Source: Pseudogulbenkiania ferrooxidans 2002 (GTDB taxonomy: Bacteria; Pseudomonadota; Gammaproteobacteria; Burkholderiales; Chromobacteriaceae). From it: DNA of 24,000 nt. Within the stretch, counting starts at the first letter, position 1. Each line of letters starts with the position of its first letter. The DNA lies in assembly GCF_000174355.1 (NCBI RefSeq), contig NZ_ACIS01000006.1, positions 172,568 through 196,567 on the forward strand, given 5' to 3'. Made by a program: the position numbers and the translations under genes. The notes under the pieces are model-generated. The model saw only the letters and a list, made by a program, of their open reading frames with translations, did not search any database and was not told the origin of the DNA. Below are positions 7,289-13,717 of the stretch, in pieces.

Positions 7289-7468
7289 TCAATGTTCGCC
7301 GCGGCGGGCTTCTTGCCGCGCTTCGAGTTCGCGGCGCATGGCGACGGTGCGGCGCTGCTGGGCCTTCAGCTTCTGCTGGGCCAGCGGGTCGATCGGGCTG
7401 GCCAGCGCGGAGAGCGGGCGGCGGTCGGTGTTGTCTGGCTTCAGCAGCCGGGTGTTGGGGTCACGCAT
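7289..7468 (-). CDS. Hypothetical basic protein, 59 aa
   Basis: The ATG at 7468 is preceded by AAGGAGGCCCGCC and overlaps the stop of the upstream gene by 8 nt. Confidence 0.5.
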   Translation of the reverse strand: MRDPNTRLLKPDNTDRRPLSALASPIDPLAQQKLKAQQRRTVAMRRELEARQEARRGEH

Positions 7469-7832
7469 GGCGGGCCTCCTTGCCGACGGTGGAGGGCTGG
7501 CGGCGTGCCCACACCTGGGCGGCCAGCTGCTCCACCCGATCGGCGTCGCCGGGGTTGAGGTGCAACACGTGGACAGGGTGCTTGGGCAGCTGCAGCGGGC
7601 CGGCATCGGCATCGGCCACCACGATCAACATGTCCGGGCTGCTGGTGCGCATCTTGAGCAAGCTGTCGATTTGGCCTGCCTGCTGCACGCCGTCGACCAT
7701 TTCGGCGGACAGGCCGTGCTGACGGGCGATTTCCAGCAAGGTGGAGCCGAGGCGGGTTTTGCCGGTGGCCATGGCGCCGGTGATGAGCCACACGTCCATG
7801 GCGTCGGGCCAGAGGTTGCGGGGCTTAGCCAT
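7461..7832 (-). CDS. Mini P-loop NTPase-like protein, 123 aa
   Basis: Walker A ITGAMATGKT and Walker B-like MLIVVADAD. AAGGAG lies 8 nt upstream of the ATG. Confidence 0.6.
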   Translation of the reverse strand: MAKPRNLWPDAMDVWLITGAMATGKTRLGSTLLEIARQHGLSAEMVDGVQQAGQIDSLLKMRTSSPDMLIVVADADAGPLQLPKHPVHVLHLNPGDADRVEQLAAQVWARRQPSTVGKEARHA

Positions 7833-8100
7833 GGGCTTGCTCCTTCTTCTCTGCCGGCTGGGTCTTCACGGACTTGCCGCAGAAGGGGCAGTAGCTCGCC
7901 GTCACCGGGACGGTCTTGCCCTTCACAAAGCCCTTGGCGCTGGCCGTGATCTTGTAGTTCGTGACGTGGGCGAGCTTCATGGTGTTGCCTTCCAGCATGA
8001 AGGCCTCGTTCTGGCATTCCGCCTTGGCCGAGACGCCCAGATCCTCGCTGAACTTGGCGGCGAGCCGCTTTTCCAGGTCTTGCAGGCATGTGCAGTTCAT
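7825..8100 (-). CDS. Hypothetical protein, 91 aa, with split Cys motif (CTC ... CPFC)
   Basis: ATGA overlap with the upstream gene. Four Cys residues could bind zinc. Family not recognised. Confidence 0.6.
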   Translation of the reverse strand: MNCTCLQDLEKRLAAKFSEDLGVSAKAECQNEAFMLEGNTMKLAHVTNYKITASAKGFVKGKTVPVTASYCPFCGKSVKTQPAEKKEQAHG

Positions 8101-8429
8101 CGAGGCATCTCCCGTGCATCAAGGTAGCTGTTGATCCACTGCTGGGTGACGATCCCGATGTTTCTCGGGTCGATTCCAGCTGTATCGAAGGTGCTATCGG
8201 CGGCTTGAACCATGGCGGGCGATTGGGCCGCGATGGCAATCAGGTCAGGCAGCGAACGCTGGGGATAGTCGGAGCTGTAGTCGATGACATCCTGCGGGGT
8301 TTCGCAGTTGTTCATGACAAGGCAAGCGGTCCCTTGGCAGCTGGCCAGGGTCCCGATCAACTGGACTACCGCGTAGCGATACGGCCCGACCACCACGATC
8401 AGTGGAATATCTTTCTGCTCGATCTCCAT
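8097..8429 (-). CDS. Hypothetical protein, 110 aa
   Basis: The ATG at 8429 shares its A with the recombinase TGA (TGATG). An alternative GTG lies at 8432. No motif recognised. Confidence 0.55.
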   Translation of the reverse strand: MEIEQKDIPLIVVVGPYRYAVVQLIGTLASCQGTACLVMNNCETPQDVIDYSSDYPQRSLPDLIAIAAQSPAMVQAADSTFDTAGIDPRNIGIVTQQWINSYLDAREMPR

Positions 8430-9070
8430 CACCCCGCCCTCCGTTCAAAGCCCTTGCGCAGCGCGCCCATCGTGGTGCGGCGGCCGCCGTGGCCGTCGAT
8501 CGCTTCCAGGGTGTTCTCGATGTCCTCGTGGCTCGGCTGGGTGTAGATGCCGGTGCTGGCGATGCTGTTGTGGCCCAGCGCGTTCTGGACGATGCCGCGC
8601 GGGTCGTGCGCCTCGCTCGAGCGCATGATGTTCATGGCCCGGGTGTGGCGGAAAAAGTGGGGGGTGACCTTGATCGACAACCCGGCTTCCTTGGCCCAGT
8701 GGGCGACGCGCTGCTGGTAGTTGCGCACCGTCAAAGGTTGGCCGAAGCGCCCCGGCACCAGCGGTTCGCTGGCCAGCTGGCTGTCGTTCATGTTGAGCAG
8801 GGCCACCAGGTGCAGCCGCAACGGACGGGTCACGAAAACCTTGTGGTCGCGCTTGCCGCCCTTGCGGTTCTCGCGGGGGATGAAGAGGTAGCCGGTTTTC
8901 AGGGCGTCCCAGGCATCGCCCAAGGTGATCAGGCTGAATTCGCCGATGCGGCAGCCGCTCAGAGAGAGCGCAGCCATCACGTGGTAGTCGCGCTGCGCCA
9001 GCGGGTCGTTGACCCGGCGCGCGGCGTTGAGGAGCTGCTGCAGCTCCGTCGGGGTGAGATAACGTTCCAT
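8429..9070 (-). CDS. Tyrosine recombinase, catalytic domain only, 213 aa
   Basis: Catalytic signature R (SGCRIGEF), HxxR (HFFRHTRA), H (LGHNS) and Y (STGIYTQ). The protein begins exactly where the catalytic domain begins (LTPTELQQLL). There is no core-binding or arm-binding domain. GGGAGGA lies 5 nt upstream of the ATG. Confidence 0.8.
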   Translation of the reverse strand: MERYLTPTELQQLLNAARRVNDPLAQRDYHVMAALSLSGCRIGEFSLITLGDAWDALKTGYLFIPRENRKGGKRDHKVFVTRPLRLHLVALLNMNDSQLASEPLVPGRFGQPLTVRNYQQRVAHWAKEAGLSIKVTPHFFRHTRAMNIMRSSEAHDPRGIVQNALGHNSIASTGIYTQPSHEDIENTLEAIDGHGGRRTTMGALRKGFERRAG

Positions 9071-9103
9071 GTGTCCTCCCAGATCACAGGGGTTAAAAAG
9101 CGG

Positions 9104-9448
9104 TCAGGCGGTGGCGGCAGCCAGCACCATGGCAATGTCGGCGGTACGGTCCTTGCCGGCGTCCACCAGCACGTGGGTGGCGGAGGCGGCGCGCACGACG
9201 ATCAGCAGCGTCTTGCCGTCCACCTGCAGCTGGATTTCGTCACCCGGCAGCACCACGCGGCGGGTCTCGGTGATGCCCAGCGCCATGTGGTACAGCGCCA
9301 GCTCGCCGTTCTCGCGGCGGAACGTAATGCTGGCGATATCGGCGTGGCCGTAGATCAGGGCCGGATCGCCCAGGGCGATGTGGAAACGGGCCAGGCCGCG
9401 CTGCGGGCCGGGGGTGATCAGCTCGATCACGTTGTCGGTAGTGCTCAT
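9104..9448 (-). CDS. Hypothetical protein, 114 aa
   Basis: ATGA overlap with the upstream gene. GC3 bias present. No reliable motif. Confidence 0.6.
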   Translation of the reverse strand: MSTTDNVIELITPGPQRGLARFHIALGDPALIYGHADIASITFRRENGELALYHMALGITETRRVVLPGDEIQLQVDGKTLLIVVRAASATHVLVDAGKDRTADIAMVLAAATA

Positions 9449-9645
9449 CTGCGTGTCACTCCTCGTTTCAGGGACAAAGCGCTGTTTCTCAGGCAGATCG
9501 CCAGCGCCGGGTTGTCCATGGCTTTCTCAAACGGCAGTTGCAGTCCTGCGCGGCGGTGTGCCACGCGCAGTTCTTCCTCGGTCAGCTCACCGGCAGAGGC
9601 TTCGAGCGGGAGGCCGAGTTGCTGGCGGTTCCGGGTTTGTCGCAT
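9445..9645 (-). CDS. Hypothetical protein, 66 aa
   Basis: The ATG at 9645 has GGAGG 7 nt upstream. It overlaps the 3' end of ORF 9582-9791 by 64 nt in another frame. Confidence 0.5.
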   Translation of the reverse strand: MRQTRNRQQLGLPLEASAGELTEEELRVAHRRAGLQLPFEKAMDNPALAICLRNSALSLKRGVTRR

Positions 9646-9791
9646 CGCAGGGCCTCCACGAGTTCCGCGCCGAACAGGCGGACCAGTTCCTTGGCGAGCC
9701 CGCCTACGGCTTGGCCGGGCTGCAGGTTGTCGCGCACGCCAGTAATGCCGTGCTTGGCCAGACAGGGGGGAATGGGGCTATTGAGCTGCAT
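9582..9791 (-). CDS. Hypothetical protein, 69 aa (3' end uncertain)
   Basis: The ATG at 9791 overlaps the CII-like gene end by 14 nt. GC3 is high. The last 64 nt overlap the next ORF. Confidence 0.45.
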   Translation of the reverse strand: MQLNSPIPPCLAKHGITGVRDNLQPGQAVGGLAKELVRLFGAELVEALRCDKPGTASNSASRSKPLPVS

Positions 9792-10242
9792 GGATCACCA
9801 GCCCCTTGAAGCGCGAGCGCAGTTCCAGGATGGCGGCGATCCAGTCATGCAGATCGCGCTCAACCGTCTTGAACTCGTCGAGGGTGACGACGCCGTCGTC
9901 CAGCGCATCGCCCATGCTGCGGTGGGCTTCGCCGGCTTCGACGTGCACCTGGTTGACCAGGTCGAGCAGTGCCTCGTCGGACACGTTGCTCATATCCGGC
10001 AACTGGTAGGTGACGCAGTTGAACAGGCTGTTCAGCGCCTTGAGCGGGCGCAGGTTCCGGCTGTAATCCAGGATCTGGATGAAGTCGGACAGGGTGGGTT
10101 TATGGAGTGCGTTGGGTTTTTTCAGCGAGACCTTGTTGTAGAGGGTGCCCTTGTGCACCTTCATCAGGCCTGCCAGCTTGGGCACCCCGAAAGCGTGCGC
10201 TGCCTGTTGCAGCTCTTCGAACACGTCGATCGACTGTTCCAT
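9778..10242 (-). CDS. Putative CII-like early regulator, 154 aa
   Basis: It is the second gene of the rightward-promoter-equivalent operon after cro. HTH-like segment GVPKLAGLMKVHKGTLYNKV. ATG at 10242 with GGAG upstream. The family assignment is positional and from memory only. Confidence 0.45.
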   Translation of the reverse strand: MEQSIDVFEELQQAAHAFGVPKLAGLMKVHKGTLYNKVSLKKPNALHKPTLSDFIQILDYSRNLRPLKALNSLFNCVTYQLPDMSNVSDEALLDLVNQVHVEAGEAHRSMGDALDDGVVTLDEFKTVERDLHDWIAAILELRSRFKGLVIHAAQ

Positions 10243-10363
10243 GTGATAGCTCCGCAAAAAAATCGTCTTGTACGAATTTCTTCCGGTGCCGATACTGTGG
10301 TTGCCACACCGTAGTACCTGCACCACCGTGCCGTGCCCACCTAGCCCGTGGGTGCGGCGCTTC

Positions 10364-10561
10364 CTAATGCTTCTCGTTCGGGTAAAGGATCTTCACCACG
10401 TCCAGCCCCAGCTCGACAGCCAGCCGCTTTGCCAGATCCGGTGAGACTTGTTCCGTCCCGTTTTCCAACTTGCTGATATGTGCTTGTGACGCACCTACAG
10501 CTTTAGCCAGATCGTTCTGTGTCAGCCCCAAGCGCTTTCGCGCCTCCTTCATGGGGGTCAT
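10364..10561 (-). CDS. cro: Cro-like XRE HTH repressor, 65 aa
   Basis: HTH LGLTQNDLAKAVGASQAHISKLENG. AGGAGG lies 6 nt upstream of the ATG. It is divergent from the CI-like gene across a 108-bp operator region. Confidence 0.75.
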   Translation of the reverse strand: MTPMKEARKRLGLTQNDLAKAVGASQAHISKLENGTEQVSPDLAKRLAVELGLDVVKILYPNEKH

Positions 10562-10591
10562 GACGGCCTCCTATGCGTTTGTGATGGCTGA

Positions 10592-10620
10592 AATATAAGC
10601 ACTGCGAATATTCATGTCAA
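10592..10620 (-). promoter_or_regulatory. Early lytic promoter (PR-like), sigma70 type
   Basis: The minus strand reads TTGACA (10620-10615), a 17-nt spacer, then TATATT (10597-10592). This gives a leader of about 24 nt with an SD before the cro ATG. Confidence 0.7.
10594..10610. promoter_or_regulatory. Operator-like imperfect palindrome TATAAGC-ACT-GCGAATA
   Basis: It overlaps the -10 and spacer of the PR-like promoter. It shares the TATAAGCAC half-site with the perfect palindrome at 10644-10659. Confidence 0.55.
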
Positions 10621-10632
10621 CAGTCTATGCGA

Positions 10633-10661
10633 ATTTTCTAGGATATAAGCACGCTTATAAA
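10633..10661 (+). promoter_or_regulatory. Possible maintenance promoter for the CI-like gene (PRM-like), near-leaderless
   Basis: TATAAA at 10656-10661 ends 8 nt before the ATG at 10670, and there is no SD. The -35 is weak (ATTTTC at 10633-10638). This is an inference by analogy with leaderless lambda cI. Confidence 0.35.
10644..10659. promoter_or_regulatory. Operator: perfect 16-bp palindrome TATAAGC-AC-GCTTATA
   Basis: Read directly from the sequence. It overlaps the putative -10 of the CI-like gene. Confidence 0.6.
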
Positions 10662-10669
10662 ATGCCGGG

Positions 10670-11029
10670 ATGATTATTGGATTCCGCATCAAGGAAGCGC
10701 GTAAGGCGCGGCGCCGCACTCAGAAATGGTTGGCGGACGAAGTGGGCGTGAAGCAGTCCAGCGTCAGTCAATGGGAGATGGGTGAAACCGAACCCACCAC
10801 AGCCAATTGCTCTTCTGTGGCCCAGGCACTGCGCATCAGCTTCGAATGGCTGACCACCGGCCGCGGGGAGATGGACGTGACCTATGCGTCGGCCGTGGTG
10901 CACGTGGCCGAGCCCGGCCAGGACCTGGACGACGACAAGAAGGAGCTGCTGGCCTTGTTCGATCAACTGCCCAAGAAGAAGCGCCAGATACTGCTGCAGT
11001 TCATGCGTGACTGGGCCGCCACCAAATGA
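10670..11029 (+). CDS. cI: CI-like XRE HTH repressor without a peptidase S24 domain, 119 aa
   Basis: HTH RRTQKWLADEVGVKQSSVSQWEMGETEP. It is divergent from the cro-like gene. No Ser/Lys autocleavage domain was seen. Confidence 0.75.
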   Translation: MIIGFRIKEARKARRRTQKWLADEVGVKQSSVSQWEMGETEPTTANCSSVAQALRISFEWLTTGRGEMDVTYASAVVHVAEPGQDLDDDKKELLALFDQLPKKKRQILLQFMRDWAATK

Positions 11030-11394
11030 AAGCTGTCCTTGCCTTCCTCGCTCTCGTCCTGTCCGCCTTGGCCGTGGCCGCCACGCCGCGCGATGACGCG
11101 GTGCAGCTGCTCGCCTGGCTGAATCACTCCCGCGGCGAGATCAACCGCGCCGGCCGGGCCGGCGACACCGTGGCGCTGCAGCGAATCCAGCGCGAGGCGG
11201 TGCGTCGATCTGACGCCTGGCCTAATCAGCTGTCACACGCCCCGTTCATGGATTGCCACACCGCGCTGACCGACCAGATCGGCTTCCTGCAGGCCGTCGA
11301 ACGCAAGGATTCCCATTGGCGTGACCGCAAGGCGCGGCAGTTCCGTGAGGATCTGGCCAGCTGTGACCGCGCCGTTTACCCGCTGAAACCATGA
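11026..11394 (+). CDS. Secreted/periplasmic hypothetical protein, 122 aa
   Basis: Signal peptide MKAVLAFLALVLSALAVA/ATP. ATGA overlap with the repressor gene. Helical, with two Cys. Family not recognised. Confidence 0.65.
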   Translation: MKAVLAFLALVLSALAVAATPRDDAVQLLAWLNHSRGEINRAGRAGDTVALQRIQREAVRRSDAWPNQLSHAPFMDCHTALTDQIGFLQAVERKDSHWRDRKARQFREDLASCDRAVYPLKP

Positions 11395-11735
11395 TCGACC
11401 TCGAGCGCTTCGCCGATCGCCTGGTCCAGCACCTGGGCGCACTGCAGGAGGGCCGGCACACGCTGGCCTCCGCCATCGATGGCAACCGCTTTTTCATCCA
11501 CGCCGAACTGCCGCACGCCGACCTGTTCCCCTTGCCGGCGAACTACATCGACGGGCTGCGGGCGCGCCAGGAACTGCTGATCGATATCGACGCCGTGCTG
11601 CGCCAGTACCGGCGCTTGGGAGTGAAAGACGATGCCCGGCTGCAGAACCTCCCGTTTTTCTGCGAGGCCGTCAGCCGCTGTGTCTGGCTGATTGAGGAGG
11701 GGCAGCCCGCCAATTTCCGGCTGGCCTTCAAGTAG
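11391..11735 (+). CDS. Hypothetical cytoplasmic protein, 114 aa
   Basis: ATGA overlap with the upstream gene. Strong GC3 bias on the plus frame. The antisense 147-aa ORF is rejected. Confidence 0.65.
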   Translation: MIDLERFADRLVQHLGALQEGRHTLASAIDGNRFFIHAELPHADLFPLPANYIDGLRARQELLIDIDAVLRQYRRLGVKDDARLQNLPFFCEAVSRCVWLIEEGQPANFRLAFK

Positions 11736-11747
11736 GAAAAGCGAAGT
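11736..11747. repeat. Copy 2 (12-nt core GAAAAGCGAAGT) of conserved intergenic motif
   Basis: It lies immediately after the TAG of the last cI-operon gene. Same orientation as the copies at 787-800 and 23287-23300. Confidence 0.5.
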
Positions 11748-11904
11748 CGAAGCCCTGGTGATGGCGGGGCCGATGGGTGGATTGGGTAAGGGGTAGTGAA
11801 ACATGTATTTGCTCGGCATGATTTATGCAGAACAAATGTAACAATGCCGATGCGTATTGAATATCGCTAAACCGGCAGAAATCACGTGCGTAGTAGTACC
11901 TAGC

Positions 11905-12636
11905 TCACGGCGCCGGAAAATCCAGTCCAAACAGGATCGACATCAGGTGGCAGCGGTTGGTCGCCCCATATAGCAGTTTGATTTTGTTGATCTTGTCGCG
12001 CACCGTGCGCGTGGTCAGGCCCACCCGTTCGGCGGTTTCATGGTCGGGCAGGCCGTTGGTCATGCAATGTAAGATGTGACATTCCCGCTTGCTCAACCTC
12101 GACAGGTTCGGTCGGGCGCTGACAATCCTCACTGCCACGTCGGCCAGCCTGGGCATCAGGCATTCCAGCAGATCCTGGGCCGCGCGGTCTCGCTCCGCTT
12201 CCACGCCTGCCACACTCAGAATCACCCGATAGTCGCCCCGTTCCTCGATCCAGCTGAAACCCCGAGTCAGGCCGTAGCGCGCGCACAGATGGAAAAACCG
12301 GTTCTCGTCACGGGTAGGGGGGATGGACGCCATCAGGTCCGGCCAGACGATCGGGACATGCGGCGCGGCCCGTAACACCGGGTCGACCAGGTAGAAGGCT
12401 TCCTTGCGGTACAGGCTGAGCCACTGGCCGGGCCAATCCACCCCGGCAAGATGATGCAGGACGAGCGCCGGCAGCGCCGATTGGGTCACCACCAGCAGCA
12501 GCCTGCTGTCGGTGGGCAGGTGGCTTTTCATGCTGTTTAGATAACGATTGAGCTGGTCTGGGTGATTCACTGTGACCAGCTCGTCCAATAGGATGATGAC
12601 GGAATTCGCCAATCTTCCTAAGTATCTGTTTCGCAT
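11905..12636 (-). CDS. LuxR-family quorum-sensing receptor homologue (AHL-binding domain + GerE/LuxR HTH), orphan/solo, 243 aa
   Basis: The N-terminal domain aligns by eye with LasR: QWLSLYRKEAFYLVDPVL...PIVWPD...RYGLTRG. It keeps the W, Y, D, P, W and G hallmark residues. The C-terminal SKRECHILHCMTNGL...TVRDKINKI keeps the E, L and G hallmarks. No luxI-type gene is in the window. The ATG at 12636 has no clear SD. Confidence 0.85.
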   Translation of the reverse strand: MRNRYLGRLANSVIILLDELVTVNHPDQLNRYLNSMKSHLPTDSRLLLVVTQSALPALVLHHLAGVDWPGQWLSLYRKEAFYLVDPVLRAAPHVPIVWPDLMASIPPTRDENRFFHLCARYGLTRGFSWIEERGDYRVILSVAGVEAERDRAAQDLLECLMPRLADVAVRIVSARPNLSRLSKRECHILHCMTNGLPDHETAERVGLTTRTVRDKINKIKLLYGATNRCHLMSILFGLDFPAP

Positions 12637-12679
12637 TAAAAAGGTACTGCGCCGCCGTGTTTCTACTAGGCGACACAAT

Positions 12680-12706
12680 AAACCAAAACCCGCCGTGGGG
12701 CGGGTT
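12680..12706 (-). terminator. Rho-independent terminator ending the tail operon
   Basis: The minus strand reads AACCCGCC-CCAC-GGCGGGTT followed by TTGGTTTATT. It lies 12 nt downstream of the stop at 12718. Confidence 0.7.
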
Positions 12707-12717
12707 CGGGTTTGGCT

Positions 12718-13146
12718 TCAGGCTAGATCGGCGTTCTGCATGACATCGCCACCGAAAAGCGCCGGCCCGAACCGCGCCACCGCCCCGGCGTACAGCCACA
12801 CCCGCCACGGCGGAGCCCCGGCTAGCTGCAGCAGCTCAGCGAACACCCGCACGGTGGCGCGCTGGCGGATCGGGATCTCGCGCTTCCACTGACACAAGGC
12901 GTCATGCACCAGGCTGGCATGGTAGGTCAGCGGCCGGCCATCGATGCCAAGCGGTCCGTCCGGGGTGCCCAGCCACAGCCCGCCCGGCAGGCGCCAAGCG
13001 GGGCTGCAGCCGTCCCAGGCGTAGCCGGGTTGGATCATGATCGAGCCGCGGGGGTGGATGTCGATCCAGTCGTTGCGGTACTCCACGCCGACCAGGTGCG
13101 GTGATCCGTGGCGGAAGGGGTGGTCAAGACGGTAGCGCCAGGTCAT
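12718..13146 (-). CDS. DUF1353-like phage protein, 142 aa
   Basis: GYAWDGCSP and ASLVHDALCQW resemble the DGAS(I/V)P and HD motifs of DUF1353. It sits in the typical position after the fibre/chaperone genes. Confidence 0.6.
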   Translation of the reverse strand: MTWRYRLDHPFRHGSPHLVGVEYRNDWIDIHPRGSIMIQPGYAWDGCSPAWRLPGGLWLGTPDGPLGIDGRPLTYHASLVHDALCQWKREIPIRQRATVRVFAELLQLAGAPPWRVWLYAGAVARFGPALFGGDVMQNADLA

Positions 13147-13156
13147 GGGCAGGCTC

Positions 13157-13708
13157 TTACGTCAGGCTGGGCTCAGGCCACTGGATCGCGGCCAACTGCT
13201 CGGCCGCATCCGGCGCCGCCAGATCGACCGCCATCAACGCATCCTCCAGCGCCTGGCGCTGGCCGATGATCTGTCCACTGGCCACAGCATAGGACAACAC
13301 CTTGGCGCGCACCCGTTCGGCCAACGTGGCGACCGTCAGTCCGCGGGCGGTGGCGATGGCGGTCAGCAGTGGCGTGGAGGCGACGGGATCGGCCACTAAC
13401 GCCTCGGCCTCGCGGGTTTGCTGGGCCCAGCTTTGCACCTCGCCGTCGGGGTAGCTGGCGGACAGGGTGGCCAGCAGGGAGGCGGCGTGGGTATTGATGT
13501 CAACCAGCCTCTGCGTGAGAAGCTCGGCCAATACGATCGGCTCGGGCGGCAGCGCGACCACTTCTCCATCGACGATGTGAAACGCCCCGCCGGAACGAAT
13601 GCGGATGTAGTCGTCCTCGCCGATCTCAACCAGCCCATCGGGATCGACACCACTGCCCATGAACGCAGCTTCTACAATCCCCTGCTGGTCTACTTTTGCG
13701 AAAAACAT
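13157..13708 (-). CDS. Tail fibre assembly/chaperone-like protein (DUF4376-like C-terminal half), 183 aa
   Basis: SYPDGEVQSWAQQTREAEAL...TPLLTAIATARGLTVATLAERV pattern. It lies immediately downstream of the fibre gene. AAGGGGGAATT precedes the ATG. Confidence 0.65.
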   Translation of the reverse strand: MFFAKVDQQGIVEAAFMGSGVDPDGLVEIGEDDYIRIRSGGAFHIVDGEVVALPPEPIVLAELLTQRLVDINTHAASLLATLSASYPDGEVQSWAQQTREAEALVADPVASTPLLTAIATARGLTVATLAERVRAKVLSYAVASGQIIGQRQALEDALMAVDLAAPDAAEQLAAIQWPEPSLT

Positions 13709-13717
13709 AATTCCCCC

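Noticed and set aside
9104-9448. Weak resemblance of ...TRRVVLPGDEIQLQV... to the CsrA N-terminal beta-strands
   Set aside because: The match needs gaps, covers only about 15 residues, and the protein is twice the size of CsrA. It was judged coincidental.
8402-9745. 447-aa plus-strand ORF across the recombinase region
   Set aside because: It is antisense to several well-supported, translationally coupled minus-strand genes. Its composition is low-complexity, with no start context or motif.
10243-10363. Possible tR1-like terminator in the 121-nt cro to CII-like spacer (A7 run at 10256-10262 on plus, T7 on minus)
   Set aside because: The stem preceding the T-run is only 4 bp (TCGT/ACGA). Other hairpins there (TGTGG-CAA-CCACA, CCCAC/GTGGG) lack T-tracts. 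This is not enough to call a terminator or nut site, although the spacer is unusually long for this operon.
11376-11819. 147-aa minus-strand ORF
   Set aside because: It is antisense to the GC3-biased, ATGA-coupled plus-strand gene 11391-11735. It is a shadow ORF.
10562-12717. Search for lux-box-like 18-20 bp palindromes (CTG-N10-CAG type) near the LuxR gene and the immunity region
   Set aside because: None was found by eye. The recurrences of AGTACCT (10313, 11894, 12643 reverse) are too short to be meaningful.
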